Numbered from the stretch's first letter, positions 9,234 to 19,324 are shown. The stretch: DNA of 64,000 nucleotides from Spirochaetia bacterium (GCA_963662265.2 CAXXHA010000010.1:223595-287594); one strand, 5' to 3'. Notes: generated by a model not told the origin, from the sequence alone. Made by a program: numbers and translations.

Positions 9234-10433
9234 CTAGTTGGTTTTAGGAAGCTTTGATGCAACATTATCCACATAATACATTATAGAAAGAAGGTGGTCC
9301 TTATCACCTCTCTCCCCTTCAGCAATCTGCAGGTTACCTTCATTGTCATAAACCGGGCCGTCATAAGGATCAAACTCGGGATTTTCCTGCTGCATCTGCT
9401 CGAGTCTTTTCTTGACAAGATCAAGAATGGATATTTCACCGAAATCCTTGCTGTTTGTCATGATACCTGCAAGGTCATCAATAAATTTGCTGTTGATCTG
9501 TTCTTCGAAATTTCCTCCAAGAGCTACAGCTTTTTTATTTACAAGCCACCAGAGATCTTCACTCTTCCAGTTTCCTTCGTAGAGATCTTTAAAGATTTTT
9601 TCATACATTACACCCCAGTTTGCAAGGTGACCGGAAACAACACTGTCTTCGCCGTACTGCTGCATAGGGCTGTAATGGCTGAATGTATAAATCTGGTTTC
9701 CTTTTTCTGTATGCTCCTGGCCTACTTCAATTACAGCAGGTGTATCTTCTGTAAAAGCAAGTGTATCACAGCCTTCTGCAATAAGAGCTTCAGCAGCTTC
9801 TCTGGCCTTGTCAGGTCCGTACCAGGAATAGATCCATTTTACATAAACTTTGGCTTCCGGATTGACTTCCTTGATACCACGGGAAAAAGCATTTATATGT
9901 CTGTAAAGTTCAGGAATAGGGAAAGCAGCAACATATCCGATTTTATTGCTTTTAGAAAGGGAACCAGCCATGAGTCCATTCAGGTAATACATCTGGTAGA
10001 GGTCTCCATAATATGTACCAACATTTTCAGACTGCTTGAAACCGGAACAGTGCATGAATTTTGTATCGGGATATTTTTCTCCTGCAGCAATAGTATCATC
10101 CATATAACCGAAACTTGTTGTAAAAACAATATCGCATTTTTCTTCCTGTACAAATCTGTCTATAATTCTTGAACTGTCAGATTCAGCAACACTTTCAACA
10201 TATACTGTATCAAGCCATGGAAATTTTGATTCTGCATACTCTTTGCCGACATGGTGGGCATATGACCATCCATAGTCCCCTACAGGGCCTACATAAACAA
10301 ATCCGGCCTTTATTCTTTTTTCCTCAGCAGCTGCAGCGCTTTTTTCCTCTTTTTTACAGCCTGTCACAGCTAAAACACTTAATGCAATTATCATTATTAA
10401 AACTATTTTAGATAATGCTTTCCCCATTTTCAT
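9234..10433 (-). CDS. BMP-family (PnrA/TmpC/Med-like) ABC substrate-binding lipoprotein, probably nucleoside-binding
   Basis: Lipobox LAVTGC; GFVYVGPVGDYGWSYAHHVG and the overall layout are typical of basic membrane protein family SBPs. Confidence 0.85.
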   Translation of the reverse strand: MKMGKALSKIVLIMIIALSVLAVTGCKKEEKSAAAAEEKRIKAGFVYVGPVGDYGWSYAHHVGKEYAESKFPWLDTVYVESVAESDSSRIIDRFVQEEKCDIVFTTSFGYMDDTIAAGEKYPDTKFMHCSGFKQSENVGTYYGDLYQMYYLNGLMAGSLSKSNKIGYVAAFPIPELYRHINAFSRGIKEVNPEAKVYVKWIYSWYGPDKAREAAEALIAEGCDTLAFTEDTPAVIEVGQEHTEKGNQIYTFSHYSPMQQYGEDSVVSGHLANWGVMYEKIFKDLYEGNWKSEDLWWLVNKKAVALGGNFEEQINSKFIDDLAGIMTNSKDFGEISILDLVKKRLEQMQQENPEFDPYDGPVYDNEGNLQIAEGERGDKDHLLSIMYYVDNVASKLPKTN

Positions 10434-10463
10434 AACACATTTCTCCTTTAAGGTTTATAAATC

Positions 10464-10492
10464 AACGTAAAATGAGTAGGAATTTTTGTCAA
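10464..10492 (-). promoter_or_regulatory. Sigma70-like promoter for the BMP lipoprotein gene
   Basis: Minus strand: TTGACA, 17 nt, TACGTT, then AGGAG RBS before the ATG at 10433. Confidence 0.5.
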
Positions 10493-10613
10493 TAGAAATC
10501 AATAATTCTTTATATACATGGGAAATAATTTAAAAAAAAAGCAAAATACATGTCTGCCGGGAAACAGGAGAATATACCGGTCTCCGGCAGCCTGAACTGT
10601 CAGAAAAAATCTG

Positions 10614-12557
10614 TCAGTCTGCCGATGATACAGTAATTCCCCCGAATATCTTTTCCGCTTCCCAGTCATATCCTGCATAAGCTGAAAAGATAACCGAGGT
10701 CAATCCTATAAATGAGACATCAAAATCAAGGGACATCCCTGTAGATATACCGTCATCATCTCTCTGAAAATAATCACAGAAAGCTGATGCCTCAATATCT
10801 TTTACAATAAGAATTTCCCCGAGAGAGATATCTGAATCTGCAAAGAAAGAGAAGTTGTTGTTTGTAACAATTATTCTGTCAAACCTGCCGTCTACCGAAT
10901 ATCCCCTGAGCCCGTCATTTCTGTAAAGCTCAAGAGTATCACTGCTATCCAGAGGCATCCTGACAGTTGTTTTCTGCCTTATCCCGAAATGATCAGTAAA
11001 CCTGATCTTGAAATTATCCCTGAATCCCATACCGGCAACAGATGTTTCACTGCCGATTTTCCCGTCCCCTTCATTGAACCAGAATCCGGAAAGGTAATAA
11101 TCACCTCTTGCAAAATAGAGATCAAGCCCGGATCTGAGCATTGATTTTTCTATCTCATAGGACGGATCAAATTCCGACTCAAATACAGCAAAGGGAAGGA
11201 TAGAAGTTTCCAGGGATGATGAAAGATTGAAATCTCCTCTCCCGTAATAATAGGAATATTCATAATCAAAATCTTCCCAGTTAAACAGCATCCTGTTCTT
11301 GAAACGGAGGAAATCAAAAAGGACAAAATTAAGCCTGTTGTCAAATCCGGCATTTTCTCCTCCCCAGTATTCACTCACCGATGCTTCAAGATACCTGTAT
11401 TCAAGTTTCTGCCTTAGATTGAGATAATTTATATCGTTAAGAAAATAATCATCTGCTGTTCCGCTGTACATCTGGAACCCTCCGGAGAAAGAGAAGGAAG
11501 GATCTTTCTGCGGAATGAATGATGTTTTTATATATTTTTTTCTGCTTATTTCATAACGCTTTTCAACAGACTTTCTTTCCTCAGAGAGAATCTTTATCAT
11601 ATTCACATTTCTGTTTTCAGATAAATTTATGGTTAAATCAGGCGGAAGCTCTGAAAGGGCGTGTTCAGCAGATTCATAGCCTATTTTTGAAAGTTCATCC
11701 ATTTTCTGAAAAGCCATGAATGAATAATTCTCTACATTACATCTTATAAGAACCGGTTTGAGTGTCTTCAGCTGATAAACACCTTTCCGGGTTTTTCCAA
11801 TGTCAAAAGCCCTGTTGATTACAGAAGTAAAGCTGTTGAAGCTGCTTTCAAGATTATAGAGTGCAGTTGAGACAATAATCCTGTCTGTATACTTTGCCGC
11901 GCCGTCAACAGGGACTAAATTCGTCACTCCCCCGTCAATAAGCTTCATACCGTTATACTCAACAGGAGGGAAACTGAAAGGCATTGAAATACTGCCCTGA
12001 AGGACTTTATAAAAATCTCCTTCCATAAAAACTATCTGTCTTCTGGAAACAAGATCCTCTGAAATAATAGCAACAGGTATTTTTAGATCTTTTATATCAA
12101 TATCGCCCAGAACTTCGTAAAGAACAGAAATGAACCGGCCGGAATCCAGAACTCCCCCGTCTACTGGCATTTTCAACTGGAAAAGCTCCTTTGTATCATA
12201 ATCAAGCATCATCTGCTGAATCATGTCGGGAGAAAATCCCGCAGCATAGAGAAGAGCCACAACTGATCCCATGGAATTTGCAACAATAAAATCAGGGTAT
12301 ATGTTTTCAGCTTCAAGTTTTTTAAGAACACCTATATGTGCAAAAGCTCTTGCCGCTCCGCCTGAGAAAACAAGACCGAGAGGTTTTTCACCTGTTTCAT
12401 GGCAGTTTATCCTCTTCCTGAAATTTTCCTCGCCATAATATACAGGCTGATCAGTAAGATAAAGATCCCCGTTCAGCGTCGTATAATCAAAAGCTTCAGA
12501 AAAAGCAAGACTGCATAAAATAAAGAAGATAAGTATAATAAATGTGTTTTTTTTCAT
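10614..12557 (-). CDS. Patatin-like phospholipase with a C-terminal beta-barrel-like region (PlpD/type Vd-like architecture)
   Basis: Signal peptide; GLVFSGGAARAFAHIGVLKKL (G-G-x-R oxyanion motif); ANSMGS (A-x-S-x-G nucleophile elbow); IDGGVTNLVP (catalytic DGG). The C-terminal ~300 aa are rich in alternating aromatic beta-strand-like segments. Confidence 0.7.
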   Translation of the reverse strand: MKKNTFIILIFFILCSLAFSEAFDYTTLNGDLYLTDQPVYYGEENFRKRINCHETGEKPLGLVFSGGAARAFAHIGVLKKLEAENIYPDFIVANSMGSVVALLYAAGFSPDMIQQMMLDYDTKELFQLKMPVDGGVLDSGRFISVLYEVLGDIDIKDLKIPVAIISEDLVSRRQIVFMEGDFYKVLQGSISMPFSFPPVEYNGMKLIDGGVTNLVPVDGAAKYTDRIIVSTALYNLESSFNSFTSVINRAFDIGKTRKGVYQLKTLKPVLIRCNVENYSFMAFQKMDELSKIGYESAEHALSELPPDLTINLSENRNVNMIKILSEERKSVEKRYEISRKKYIKTSFIPQKDPSFSFSGGFQMYSGTADDYFLNDINYLNLRQKLEYRYLEASVSEYWGGENAGFDNRLNFVLFDFLRFKNRMLFNWEDFDYEYSYYYGRGDFNLSSSLETSILPFAVFESEFDPSYEIEKSMLRSGLDLYFARGDYYLSGFWFNEGDGKIGSETSVAGMGFRDNFKIRFTDHFGIRQKTTVRMPLDSSDTLELYRNDGLRGYSVDGRFDRIIVTNNNFSFFADSDISLGEILIVKDIEASAFCDYFQRDDDGISTGMSLDFDVSFIGLTSVIFSAYAGYDWEAEKIFGGITVSSAD

Positions 12558-12563
12558 AAAAAG

Positions 12564-13769
12564 CTAAATCAGAGAAGATCCTTCAGAAGAAACATTTATA
12601 TTAAAAATCTTAAGTACAGTAGCCGCAATATCTGCAAAGGACTCTCTTATTCCCCCGTTATTCTTTTCAATGCTGTCCCCGCTTATTTGATCAGTAACAC
12701 CCTTTCTGTAAAAAAGGATAGGTACATATTCTCTTGTGTGATCAGTTCCTTTAAAAGAGGGATCACAGCCGTGGTCAGCAGTGATGATAAGGACATCTTT
12801 TTCAGAAAGAAGAGATACAACTTCATCTATTCTACTGTCTATTTCTGCAACAGCATCATGATAACCCTGAATATCTCTCCGGTGTCCGTATTTCATATCT
12901 GTATCAACTAGATTAACAAAAATCAACCTGTCAGAAGCCTCTTTATGCTTTAAAAGGTCAACTGTTCTGTCCATGCAGAGGAGATTTCCCTTATCATGGT
13001 AACTTTCATCAATTCCCTGTTCATTGAAAATATCGCCTATTTTGCCGACAGCAACTGTTTTAACACTGTTCTCTGACAGATGATCAAGCATTGTTTTTCC
13101 GGGAAGAGGAATACTGAAGTCCCGCCTTCTCTCAGTCCTTGTAAAACCGCCAGAGCTGTTTCCAATAAACGGACGGGCAATAACACGCCCTACCATGAAG
13201 TCATCACATATTACCCTGCTTTTCTCACAGATCTCATAGAGCTTATCAACAGGAATAACATCTTCATGGGCAGCTATCTGCAAAACAGAATCGGAAGAAG
13301 TATAAATTATCGGATACCCTGTTTTTATATGCTCGTCTCCGAGCTCCTGTATAATCTGCGTACCGGAGGCTGCCCTGTTTCCAAGATACCCCGGGCATAC
13401 ATCTTTTACAAAACGATCGAGAAGCTCCTCAGGGAAGGAGGGATAATCAGGGGGAAAAGTTCTGAATGCCTTATCAAGGACAGTTCCCGCAATTTCCCAG
13501 TGCCCGGTTGTTGTGTCTTTTCCGGGCGACTTTTCAGCAGCAGCAGCATATAAAGATACTGGATTATTATCAGGTCCGCACCCGGGAAGAGAATTTCCAA
13601 GGAGCATTGAAACATTGCCGAGTCCCATTTTTTTAAGAGCAGGCCACTTAACCTCTTTTACATTTTCACATATATGAAGGGCAGTATTTGATCCCCTGTC
13701 CCCGTATTTATCAGCATCAGGCAATTCCCCAATACCGAAACTGTCTATAACAAGAATTACTGCATCCAT
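12564..13769 (-). CDS. deoB: Phosphopentomutase
   Basis: MDAVILVIDSFGIGELPDADKYGDRGSNT, TTGHWE and ADHGCDP motifs; 401 aa. Confidence 0.9.
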   Translation of the reverse strand: MDAVILVIDSFGIGELPDADKYGDRGSNTALHICENVKEVKWPALKKMGLGNVSMLLGNSLPGCGPDNNPVSLYAAAAEKSPGKDTTTGHWEIAGTVLDKAFRTFPPDYPSFPEELLDRFVKDVCPGYLGNRAASGTQIIQELGDEHIKTGYPIIYTSSDSVLQIAAHEDVIPVDKLYEICEKSRVICDDFMVGRVIARPFIGNSSGGFTRTERRRDFSIPLPGKTMLDHLSENSVKTVAVGKIGDIFNEQGIDESYHDKGNLLCMDRTVDLLKHKEASDRLIFVNLVDTDMKYGHRRDIQGYHDAVAEIDSRIDEVVSLLSEKDVLIITADHGCDPSFKGTDHTREYVPILFYRKGVTDQISGDSIEKNNGGIRESFADIAATVLKIFNINVSSEGSSLI

Positions 13770-13919
13770 ATTCCGCCGCCTTATCCATAGTATTTTAAAT
13801 AAATTATTATGCCTTTCTTACCAATTAAGTTTAATACAATTAATTTAATAAATTTCAGATGACAGGTAAATGAGAATTTCTTTTCAGTTGAACTGATTTT
13901 TTCTTAAGATATAGAATAT

Positions 13920-15227
13920 TTACTCATCCAGTATTGTATATATGAGCGGCAGTTCATCCGGCTGCTCAGCCCCTATTTTATAGGCATCAAGAAACCGGCG
14001 GACAGCAGCATCAAGGTTTGTCCCGTCATTCACATGGAAATCAGCAATCACATCACCTTTTTCCACATATTCCCCCAGTCTTTTTCTCAGCCATATTCCG
14101 ACTGAATGATCTATCTCATCCTCTTTCCTGACACGGCCGGCGCCGAGAAGCATTGCAGAGTACCCTACCTCGGGAGTGTTTATCTCCCTGATATAGCCGC
14201 TTTCTGCAGCTTTAACAGGAATTATTTCCGAAGCCCGGGGAATAAGCGATATATCATTGACAATATCAGGATTTCCCCCCTGTGCTTCTATCATCTGCGC
14301 AAGTTTAAAAAGAGCTTTCCCTGATTTTAAAGCATCCTCAAGCATATCAACCGCACTGCTTTCTGTATCGCAGATACCTGATGAAATCAGCATGCGGGAG
14401 GCAAGAGTAAAAGCAACAACTTTAAGATCTGATTCATACTGACCCTGGAGGATTTCAACAGCTTCCCTCACTTCAAGTGTATTTCCCACACTGAAACCCA
14501 GAGGCTGGTTCATATCAGTTACCACCGCAATAGTTTTCCGTCCTGCAAGCTTCCCGATATCAACCATTGATTCGGCAAGCCTGATAGAATCGCTTATCCG
14601 GTTCATGAATGCCCCGTTGCCGGTTTTAATATCCAGGACAATTGCATCGCTTCCCGATGCAATTTTTTTGCTCATAATACTCGATGCAATAAGCGAGATA
14701 TTATCGATAGTTCCTGTAACATCCCTCAAAGCATAGAGTTTCTTGTCTGCGGGAACAAGGTTATCTGTCTGGCCTATAACAGAAAGACCTATTTCAGATA
14801 CAGTTCTGATAAATTTATCCATACTCTGCATAACGGAAAACCCGGGTATTGATTCAAGCTTATCCAGGGTTCCCCCGGTATGCCCGAGTCCCCGACCCGA
14901 CATCTTTGCAACCTTGCCTCCGCAGGCAGCTACAAGAGGAGCAACAACAAGAGTAGTACCGTCACTCACCCCTCCTGTAGAATGTTTATCGACTTTAATA
15001 CCCTCAATCGCGGAGAGATCCACCTGGTCACCCGATTCTGCCATTGCAATTGTAAGGTCTGCAGTTTCCTGCCTGTCCATACCGCTGAACCATATTGCCA
15101 TCAGAAGCGCTGATATCTGGTAATCAGGTATTGTTCCGTCAACATACCCGTTAATGAAAAAGCTGATTTCCTCTTTTGAAAGGGACTCTGAGTGTTTTTT
15201 CTTATTTAGCAAATCTGTTATAAGCAT
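13920..15227 (-). CDS. pdp: Pyrimidine-nucleoside (thymidine) phosphorylase
   Basis: EEISFFINGYVDGTIPDYQISALLMAIWFSGM, DKHSTGGVSD, SGRGLGHTGGTLDKLESIPG; 435 aa. Confidence 0.9.
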   Translation of the reverse strand: MLITDLLNKKKHSESLSKEEISFFINGYVDGTIPDYQISALLMAIWFSGMDRQETADLTIAMAESGDQVDLSAIEGIKVDKHSTGGVSDGTTLVVAPLVAACGGKVAKMSGRGLGHTGGTLDKLESIPGFSVMQSMDKFIRTVSEIGLSVIGQTDNLVPADKKLYALRDVTGTIDNISLIASSIMSKKIASGSDAIVLDIKTGNGAFMNRISDSIRLAESMVDIGKLAGRKTIAVVTDMNQPLGFSVGNTLEVREAVEILQGQYESDLKVVAFTLASRMLISSGICDTESSAVDMLEDALKSGKALFKLAQMIEAQGGNPDIVNDISLIPRASEIIPVKAAESGYIREINTPEVGYSAMLLGAGRVRKEDEIDHSVGIWLRKRLGEYVEKGDVIADFHVNDGTNLDAAVRRFLDAYKIGAEQPDELPLIYTILDE

Positions 15228-15326
15228 ACAGTAATTTTAAAGCCAATATCTCAGGAATTCAACTGCTGTTTTCCGATGACAACAAAAGATCCTTTAAACA
15301 GACAGGTATACAGAATATAATAGTTT

Positions 15327-15728
15327 TTATTTATGAAAGGATAATCCTTTTGTCATCCTGTCGATATGATTCTTTTTTCCGCACATGGCAATCCCTGCAA
15401 GATTTAAATCATCTGTTTTAAATAAACTGACTGACTTTCTGTTATCAGCATCGTTAAATGTCTGAAAGAGTTCCTGTGTAAAAATACTTATTACAACATC
15501 TTTATTTAAGCCCTTTTTTAAAATATCTTTTATGACTTCTCTTTCTGATGAATAAATCATTACTGGCTGACCGCTCATTGGAAGATATTCTATTCCGGAA
15601 GCATCAACATAAGGATCACCGATTATATCCTGAGTAGCTATCCCGCTCATTAAAAATGCAGTAACATTCATTTTCTGCCATGTTAATAAATCTTCATCGA
15701 TAATTATTACTATTTTTGTATTTTCCAT
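15327..15728 (-). CDS. DUF2000-family protein
   Basis: KIVIIIDEDLLTWQKMNVTAFLMSGIA...ELFQTFNDADNR matches my recollection of the DUF2000 pattern. ATG at 15728 with GAGGAG upstream is preferred over 15752. Confidence 0.6.
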   Translation of the reverse strand: MENTKIVIIIDEDLLTWQKMNVTAFLMSGIATQDIIGDPYVDASGIEYLPMSGQPVMIYSSEREVIKDILKKGLNKDVVISIFTQELFQTFNDADNRKSVSLFKTDDLNLAGIAMCGKKNHIDRMTKGLSFHK

Positions 15729-15789
15729 TATGTAATTACTCCTCGGCTGCATGGACGAGCAGCAAGCTTTGCTTGCGACCAGTCCTTTT

Positions 15790-16623
15790 TCAGCTTATAC
15801 ATGAAACATATTCTGATGCAGTAACACCGTAAATCCGTTTAAAATGCCTGTTAAGATGGGTAAGATCTGTAAAATCAAGTTCCGCAACAGCAGAGTATGC
15901 ATCCCTGTATTTATCAAGAATGTCCCGCGCTTTCACAATCTTACTGTTTATATAATACTGATAGGGGGAAAGTCCCGATCCTGCCTTGAAAGCTCTTATA
16001 AACTGATATTTTGATAATCCGAATTCATCAGAAATTCTGTCCAGCTTTAAAATTTCATTCAGGGAACTGTTAATTATCTCTTTTGATTTTTTTATAAGCC
16101 TGTCATCTGAACCAATCCTCCGGCTTATCAGCGATCCGGAAAAATTATTCATCAGAGTTACAAGAGATTCGCTGCAGAGAGCATCCTCGTGTTCATAGAT
16201 TACAGATGATGTAAAATCCATAATATTTTTCATCAGTTTTCTGTCATGAATAATTGGATCAGAAAATTTCATCATTTCGGGAGATTCGCGAAGTTCGAGA
16301 AATTTGTCAGCCTTTATATAGACCATAACATAATCAAGCCTGTTCTGTTCCCATGACCAGCCATCATGCATTTCCTCGGGATTTATAAGCATTATACAGC
16401 TCTGTCTGGAAGACTGAAAACTTCCTGCAAGATTATAATTCTGCACTCCATGGAGAGTCACCCCGAAAGCATATTCCTCATGACAGTGTTTCTTATAACG
16501 AAAATCACTTATACTTGCAGAGAGAACTGTAATACCATCGAATTTTTTATAGATAAACTTATCCAGAGAAATACCCCTTAATAATATCTGCAGCTCCAGA
16601 AACCGTAACAGCCGAATATGCAA
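15790..16623 (-). CDS. AraC-family transcriptional regulator (cupin-like N-terminal domain plus HTH); start uncertain
   Basis: C-terminal LDRISDEFGLSKYQFIRAFKAGSGLSPYQYY...THLNRHFKRIYGVTASEY. The only in-frame start in the track is a TTG that overlaps the LysE 3' end by 65 nt. Confidence 0.75.
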   Translation of the reverse strand: MHIRLLRFLELQILLRGISLDKFIYKKFDGITVLSASISDFRYKKHCHEEYAFGVTLHGVQNYNLAGSFQSSRQSCIMLINPEEMHDGWSWEQNRLDYVMVYIKADKFLELRESPEMMKFSDPIIHDRKLMKNIMDFTSSVIYEHEDALCSESLVTLMNNFSGSLISRRIGSDDRLIKKSKEIINSSLNEILKLDRISDEFGLSKYQFIRAFKAGSGLSPYQYYINSKIVKARDILDKYRDAYSAVAELDFTDLTHLNRHFKRIYGVTASEYVSCIS

Positions 16624-17188
16624 GAAAAAAAGCCATAATCCGGTTCAAAGCTGTTCTGTATTTTATCATGACATTCCTGAACACTGTGCCGAATGCAACC
16701 CAGAGAATGCAGGAAACAAATCCGATGCATGTTACAGCAGCAGCAAATAGAAGCTGTACTGATACAGATTTATAAAAAGGCATAACAAATGCCGGGAGAA
16801 CTGTCAGTGTAAATATTACAACTTTTGGATTTAAATACTGCATCAGAACAGCTGAAATAAATGTACCTTTTCCAGATAAATCCGAACTTCCGGATTTATC
16901 TGTGTTTTCAGAAAACTTCATATTATAAATTTTCCAGGCAAGATAAAGCATATATGATGCTCCTGTGGCCTGCATAAGAGTAATAATCCATGGAAATGAA
17001 TCAAGAAGTGCATTGCCAATAAATACAGATGAAAAAATCAGAGAGGCAAATGCAACTGTGACTCCGAGAGTAAATTCAAACCCTTTACCTGTTCCAGAAT
17101 TATTTACAGTTGAAAGGATCATAACAACAGCAGGACCCGGGGTAGCTGTTACAATAAAACAGTATAATATAAAGGATAAAATACTCAT
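16559..17188 (-). CDS. LysE/RhtB-family amino-acid exporter
   Basis: MSILSFILYCFIVTATPGPAVVMILS... about 6 TM segments. AGGAGA RBS before the ATG at 17188. Confidence 0.8.
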   Translation of the reverse strand: MSILSFILYCFIVTATPGPAVVMILSTVNNSGTGKGFEFTLGVTVAFASLIFSSVFIGNALLDSFPWIITLMQATGASYMLYLAWKIYNMKFSENTDKSGSSDLSGKGTFISAVLMQYLNPKVVIFTLTVLPAFVMPFYKSVSVQLLFAAAVTCIGFVSCILWVAFGTVFRNVMIKYRTALNRIMAFFLAYSAVTVSGAADIIKGYFSG

Positions 17189-17301
17189 TAAGCTGTCTCC
17201 TTTTTTATCAAAATAATATGAATAAATTAAAGAAGCATAGTACATTATTGCAGCAGAAATTATTCTTTACTATTTCTATAAAATTCCTTAACTTTTTAAT
17301 T

Positions 17302-18000
17302 ATGAATAAAGTTCAGAAATCAACCTCTTTTCAGGCTTTTAAAGCTACAATACCTGTTTTATTCGGATACGTACCTATAGGAATGGCATATGGTTTTCTT
17401 CTTGTAAAAACAGGCCTTCAGTGGTACTGGGCCCCGCTTATGTGTATCTTTGTATTTGCAGGAGCTGCGCAGTTTCTGTTTCTGACAATGTTTACACAGC
17501 AGAAAACTGTTCCGGAAATGGCGCTTGCTGTATTTCTCATGAATTCCCGCCACATGGTATACGGCTTCTCCCTGATAGAAAGATTTTCAATATTCAAATG
17601 GGCAAAACCTTACCTTATATACGGACTCACCGATGAGACATATGCACTGCTGACAACTGTGGAACCTCCTGAAGGCAGCAGCAAAGAAAAATTCGATTTC
17701 TTGATAACTCTTTTCAACCAGTCTTACTGGACACTTGGAAGCACTATAGGGGCTTTATTGGGATCTGTAATTATGTGGGATGCACCGGGACTTGATTTTG
17801 CACTGACAGCCCTCTTTGTCGTCCTGCTTGTCGAACAGGTAAAATCACTTAAAAGACCGGGGCCGTTTCTTGCGGCAGCAGCAGGAGTACTTTTCTTTAC
17901 CCTGATAGGGCTTACAGATCAGGCGCTTACAGGCGGTATAGTTATCGGGTCTGCATCATGTTTTTTCATGGCAAAAAAGGGAGCTACAGTAAATGAATAA
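17302..18000 (+). CDS. azlC: AzlC-family branched-chain amino-acid permease component
   Basis: MNKVQKSTSFQAFKATIPVLFGYVPIGMAYGFL... The ATG at 17302 is preferred because the ATG at 17218 would leave only 29 nt of divergent intergenic space. Confidence 0.75.
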   Translation: MNKVQKSTSFQAFKATIPVLFGYVPIGMAYGFLLVKTGLQWYWAPLMCIFVFAGAAQFLFLTMFTQQKTVPEMALAVFLMNSRHMVYGFSLIERFSIFKWAKPYLIYGLTDETYALLTTVEPPEGSSKEKFDFLITLFNQSYWTLGSTIGALLGSVIMWDAPGLDFALTALFVVLLVEQVKSLKRPGPFLAAAAGVLFFTLIGLTDQALTGGIVIGSASCFFMAKKGATVNE

Positions 18001-18310
18001 GGTATTAATCGCAGCAATAACAATGGGTATTGTAACTCTTTTTACAAGAGCATTTCCTTTTCTCCTTTTTTCCGGAAGAAAAGCTCCTGAAAAATTCCTG
18101 AGAGGGGCAAGACTTATACCAGGAGCAGTAATGGCAGTTCTTGTGCTGACAAGCCTCCCCTTGAGTCTTGAAATTACAGAAAACTCAGTTATATTTCCGT
18201 GGATAGGAGCTGCAGTTGTTGTTGCCGTACATCTTAAATTCAGGAATGCTCTCTTAAGCATCTTCGGGGGGACTGCCGTCTACATGTCGCTGCTTCATTT
18301 TTTCGGGTAA
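17993..18310 (+). CDS. azlD: AzlD-family branched-chain amino-acid transport protein
   Basis: 105 aa, hydrophobic, overlaps the azlC stop by 8 nt, which is the usual azlCD arrangement. Confidence 0.75.
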   Translation: MNKVLIAAITMGIVTLFTRAFPFLLFSGRKAPEKFLRGARLIPGAVMAVLVLTSLPLSLEITENSVIFPWIGAAVVVAVHLKFRNALLSIFGGTAVYMSLLHFFG

Positions 18311-18326
18311 ACAACAGGCTGACAGA

Positions 18327-19076
18327 CTATTTATATTTATCTATTATTTTCTGAAACTCTCCGTTCTTCTTCATTACATCCAATTCAAAATTGAAAAAAG
18401 GGACAAATTCCGCCCACTTTCTGTTGAAAGCAATACACAGATCGGCGCTGTCGACAGCTTTACTGGATCTTATGAATTTATTTTTAAATAAATTACTGTG
18501 TGTTTCAACCAGATTATTATAAATCAATTCATTTACAATAACAGCATCCACTCTTTTTCTCAGAAGTTTAAGAAGGCTCTGATACTCTCTCAGTGCATCA
18601 TCCCGGATAATTTTTCCTGATTCAAAAAAAGAATTTATAAACTTGTATCTGTAGCCAAGCCTGGTTCCTATCCTTCTTCCGAAAAGATCTTCAGTTTTTC
18701 TGAAAACAACAGCATCCTCTCTCAATGAATACAGATAATCATGACTGGTATCAATTACTTCTGTCCATATATAGTTTTCATGCTTTTCAAGATAAGTTCT
18801 TGATGTTGCATAGGCATCAATTGAACCGCCAGATAAAGCTTTTTCAGCCCTTTTGCGCGGTAAAATCCTGTAAATTACCTTTATACCCTGTTTTTCCGCA
18901 ATCTGTTCAAGCAGTTCAACCATAATGCCGGAAGCCTTGCCATCTTTATCAGCATAGGCATGAGGAGCTATTTCTGAGGGGGGATCCAGCTGCATGATGA
19001 TTACAGTTTCAGCATAAGCAAAAGAGATAATCGAAATAAACAATAAAAAAAGTATTATTCTTTTTCTGTAATTCAT
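18327..19076 (-). CDS. Periplasmic solute-binding protein, family 3 (orphan; no adjacent permease)
   Basis: Signal peptide, 249 aa, two-lobe SBP_bac_3-like pattern (GIMVELLEQIAEKQGIKV..., DAVIVNE). Confidence 0.6.
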   Translation of the reverse strand: MNYRKRIILFLLFISIISFAYAETVIIMQLDPPSEIAPHAYADKDGKASGIMVELLEQIAEKQGIKVIYRILPRKRAEKALSGGSIDAYATSRTYLEKHENYIWTEVIDTSHDYLYSLREDAVVFRKTEDLFGRRIGTRLGYRYKFINSFFESGKIIRDDALREYQSLLKLLRKRVDAVIVNELIYNNLVETHSNLFKNKFIRSSKAVDSADLCIAFNRKWAEFVPFFNFELDVMKKNGEFQKIIDKYK

Positions 19077-19132
19077 GAATTAATCAGCCTGTAAACAGTA
19101 TACTCCGAAAACATGCAATTCATAAAGAAATA

Positions 19133-19324
19133 TCAGCTGTTTTTTACTTTACCTGACAGCTTGAACGCGGGACAGTTTTTACCTGTATTTCTTAAGACAA
19201 CAACAGAAGGGAGTTCCCTGCTTTTAATGTTGAAAACAGAGCATGAGCGGGGAAATCGCTTATCCCAGGTCACTTTAAAGTAAATACATTTCAGACAGTC
19301 TGGGGGGGTGTTTATTTCTGCCAT
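19133..19324 (-). CDS. Small Cys-rich hypothetical protein
   Basis: MAEINTPPDCLKCIYFKVTW...RSCSVF...GKNCPAFK (CxxC plus two more Cys). Divergent from hflX. Start (19324 or 19360) uncertain. Confidence 0.4.
   Translation of the reverse strand: MAEINTPPDCLKCIYFKVTWDKRFPRSCSVFNIKSRELPSVVVLRNTGKNCPAFKLSGKVKNS

Noticed and set aside
9294-10172. 292-aa ORF on the plus strand, antisense to the BMP lipoprotein gene and unusually long for an AT-rich genome
   Set aside because: It is codon-aligned with the sense gene, so antisense stops can arise only from sense TTA/CTA/TCA codons, which this probably highly expressed gene avoids. The translation is Phe/Ile/Cys/Ser-rich and not protein-like. Similar but shorter shadow ORFs occur opposite many other genes here (13080-13553, 32516-32980, 54061-54543).
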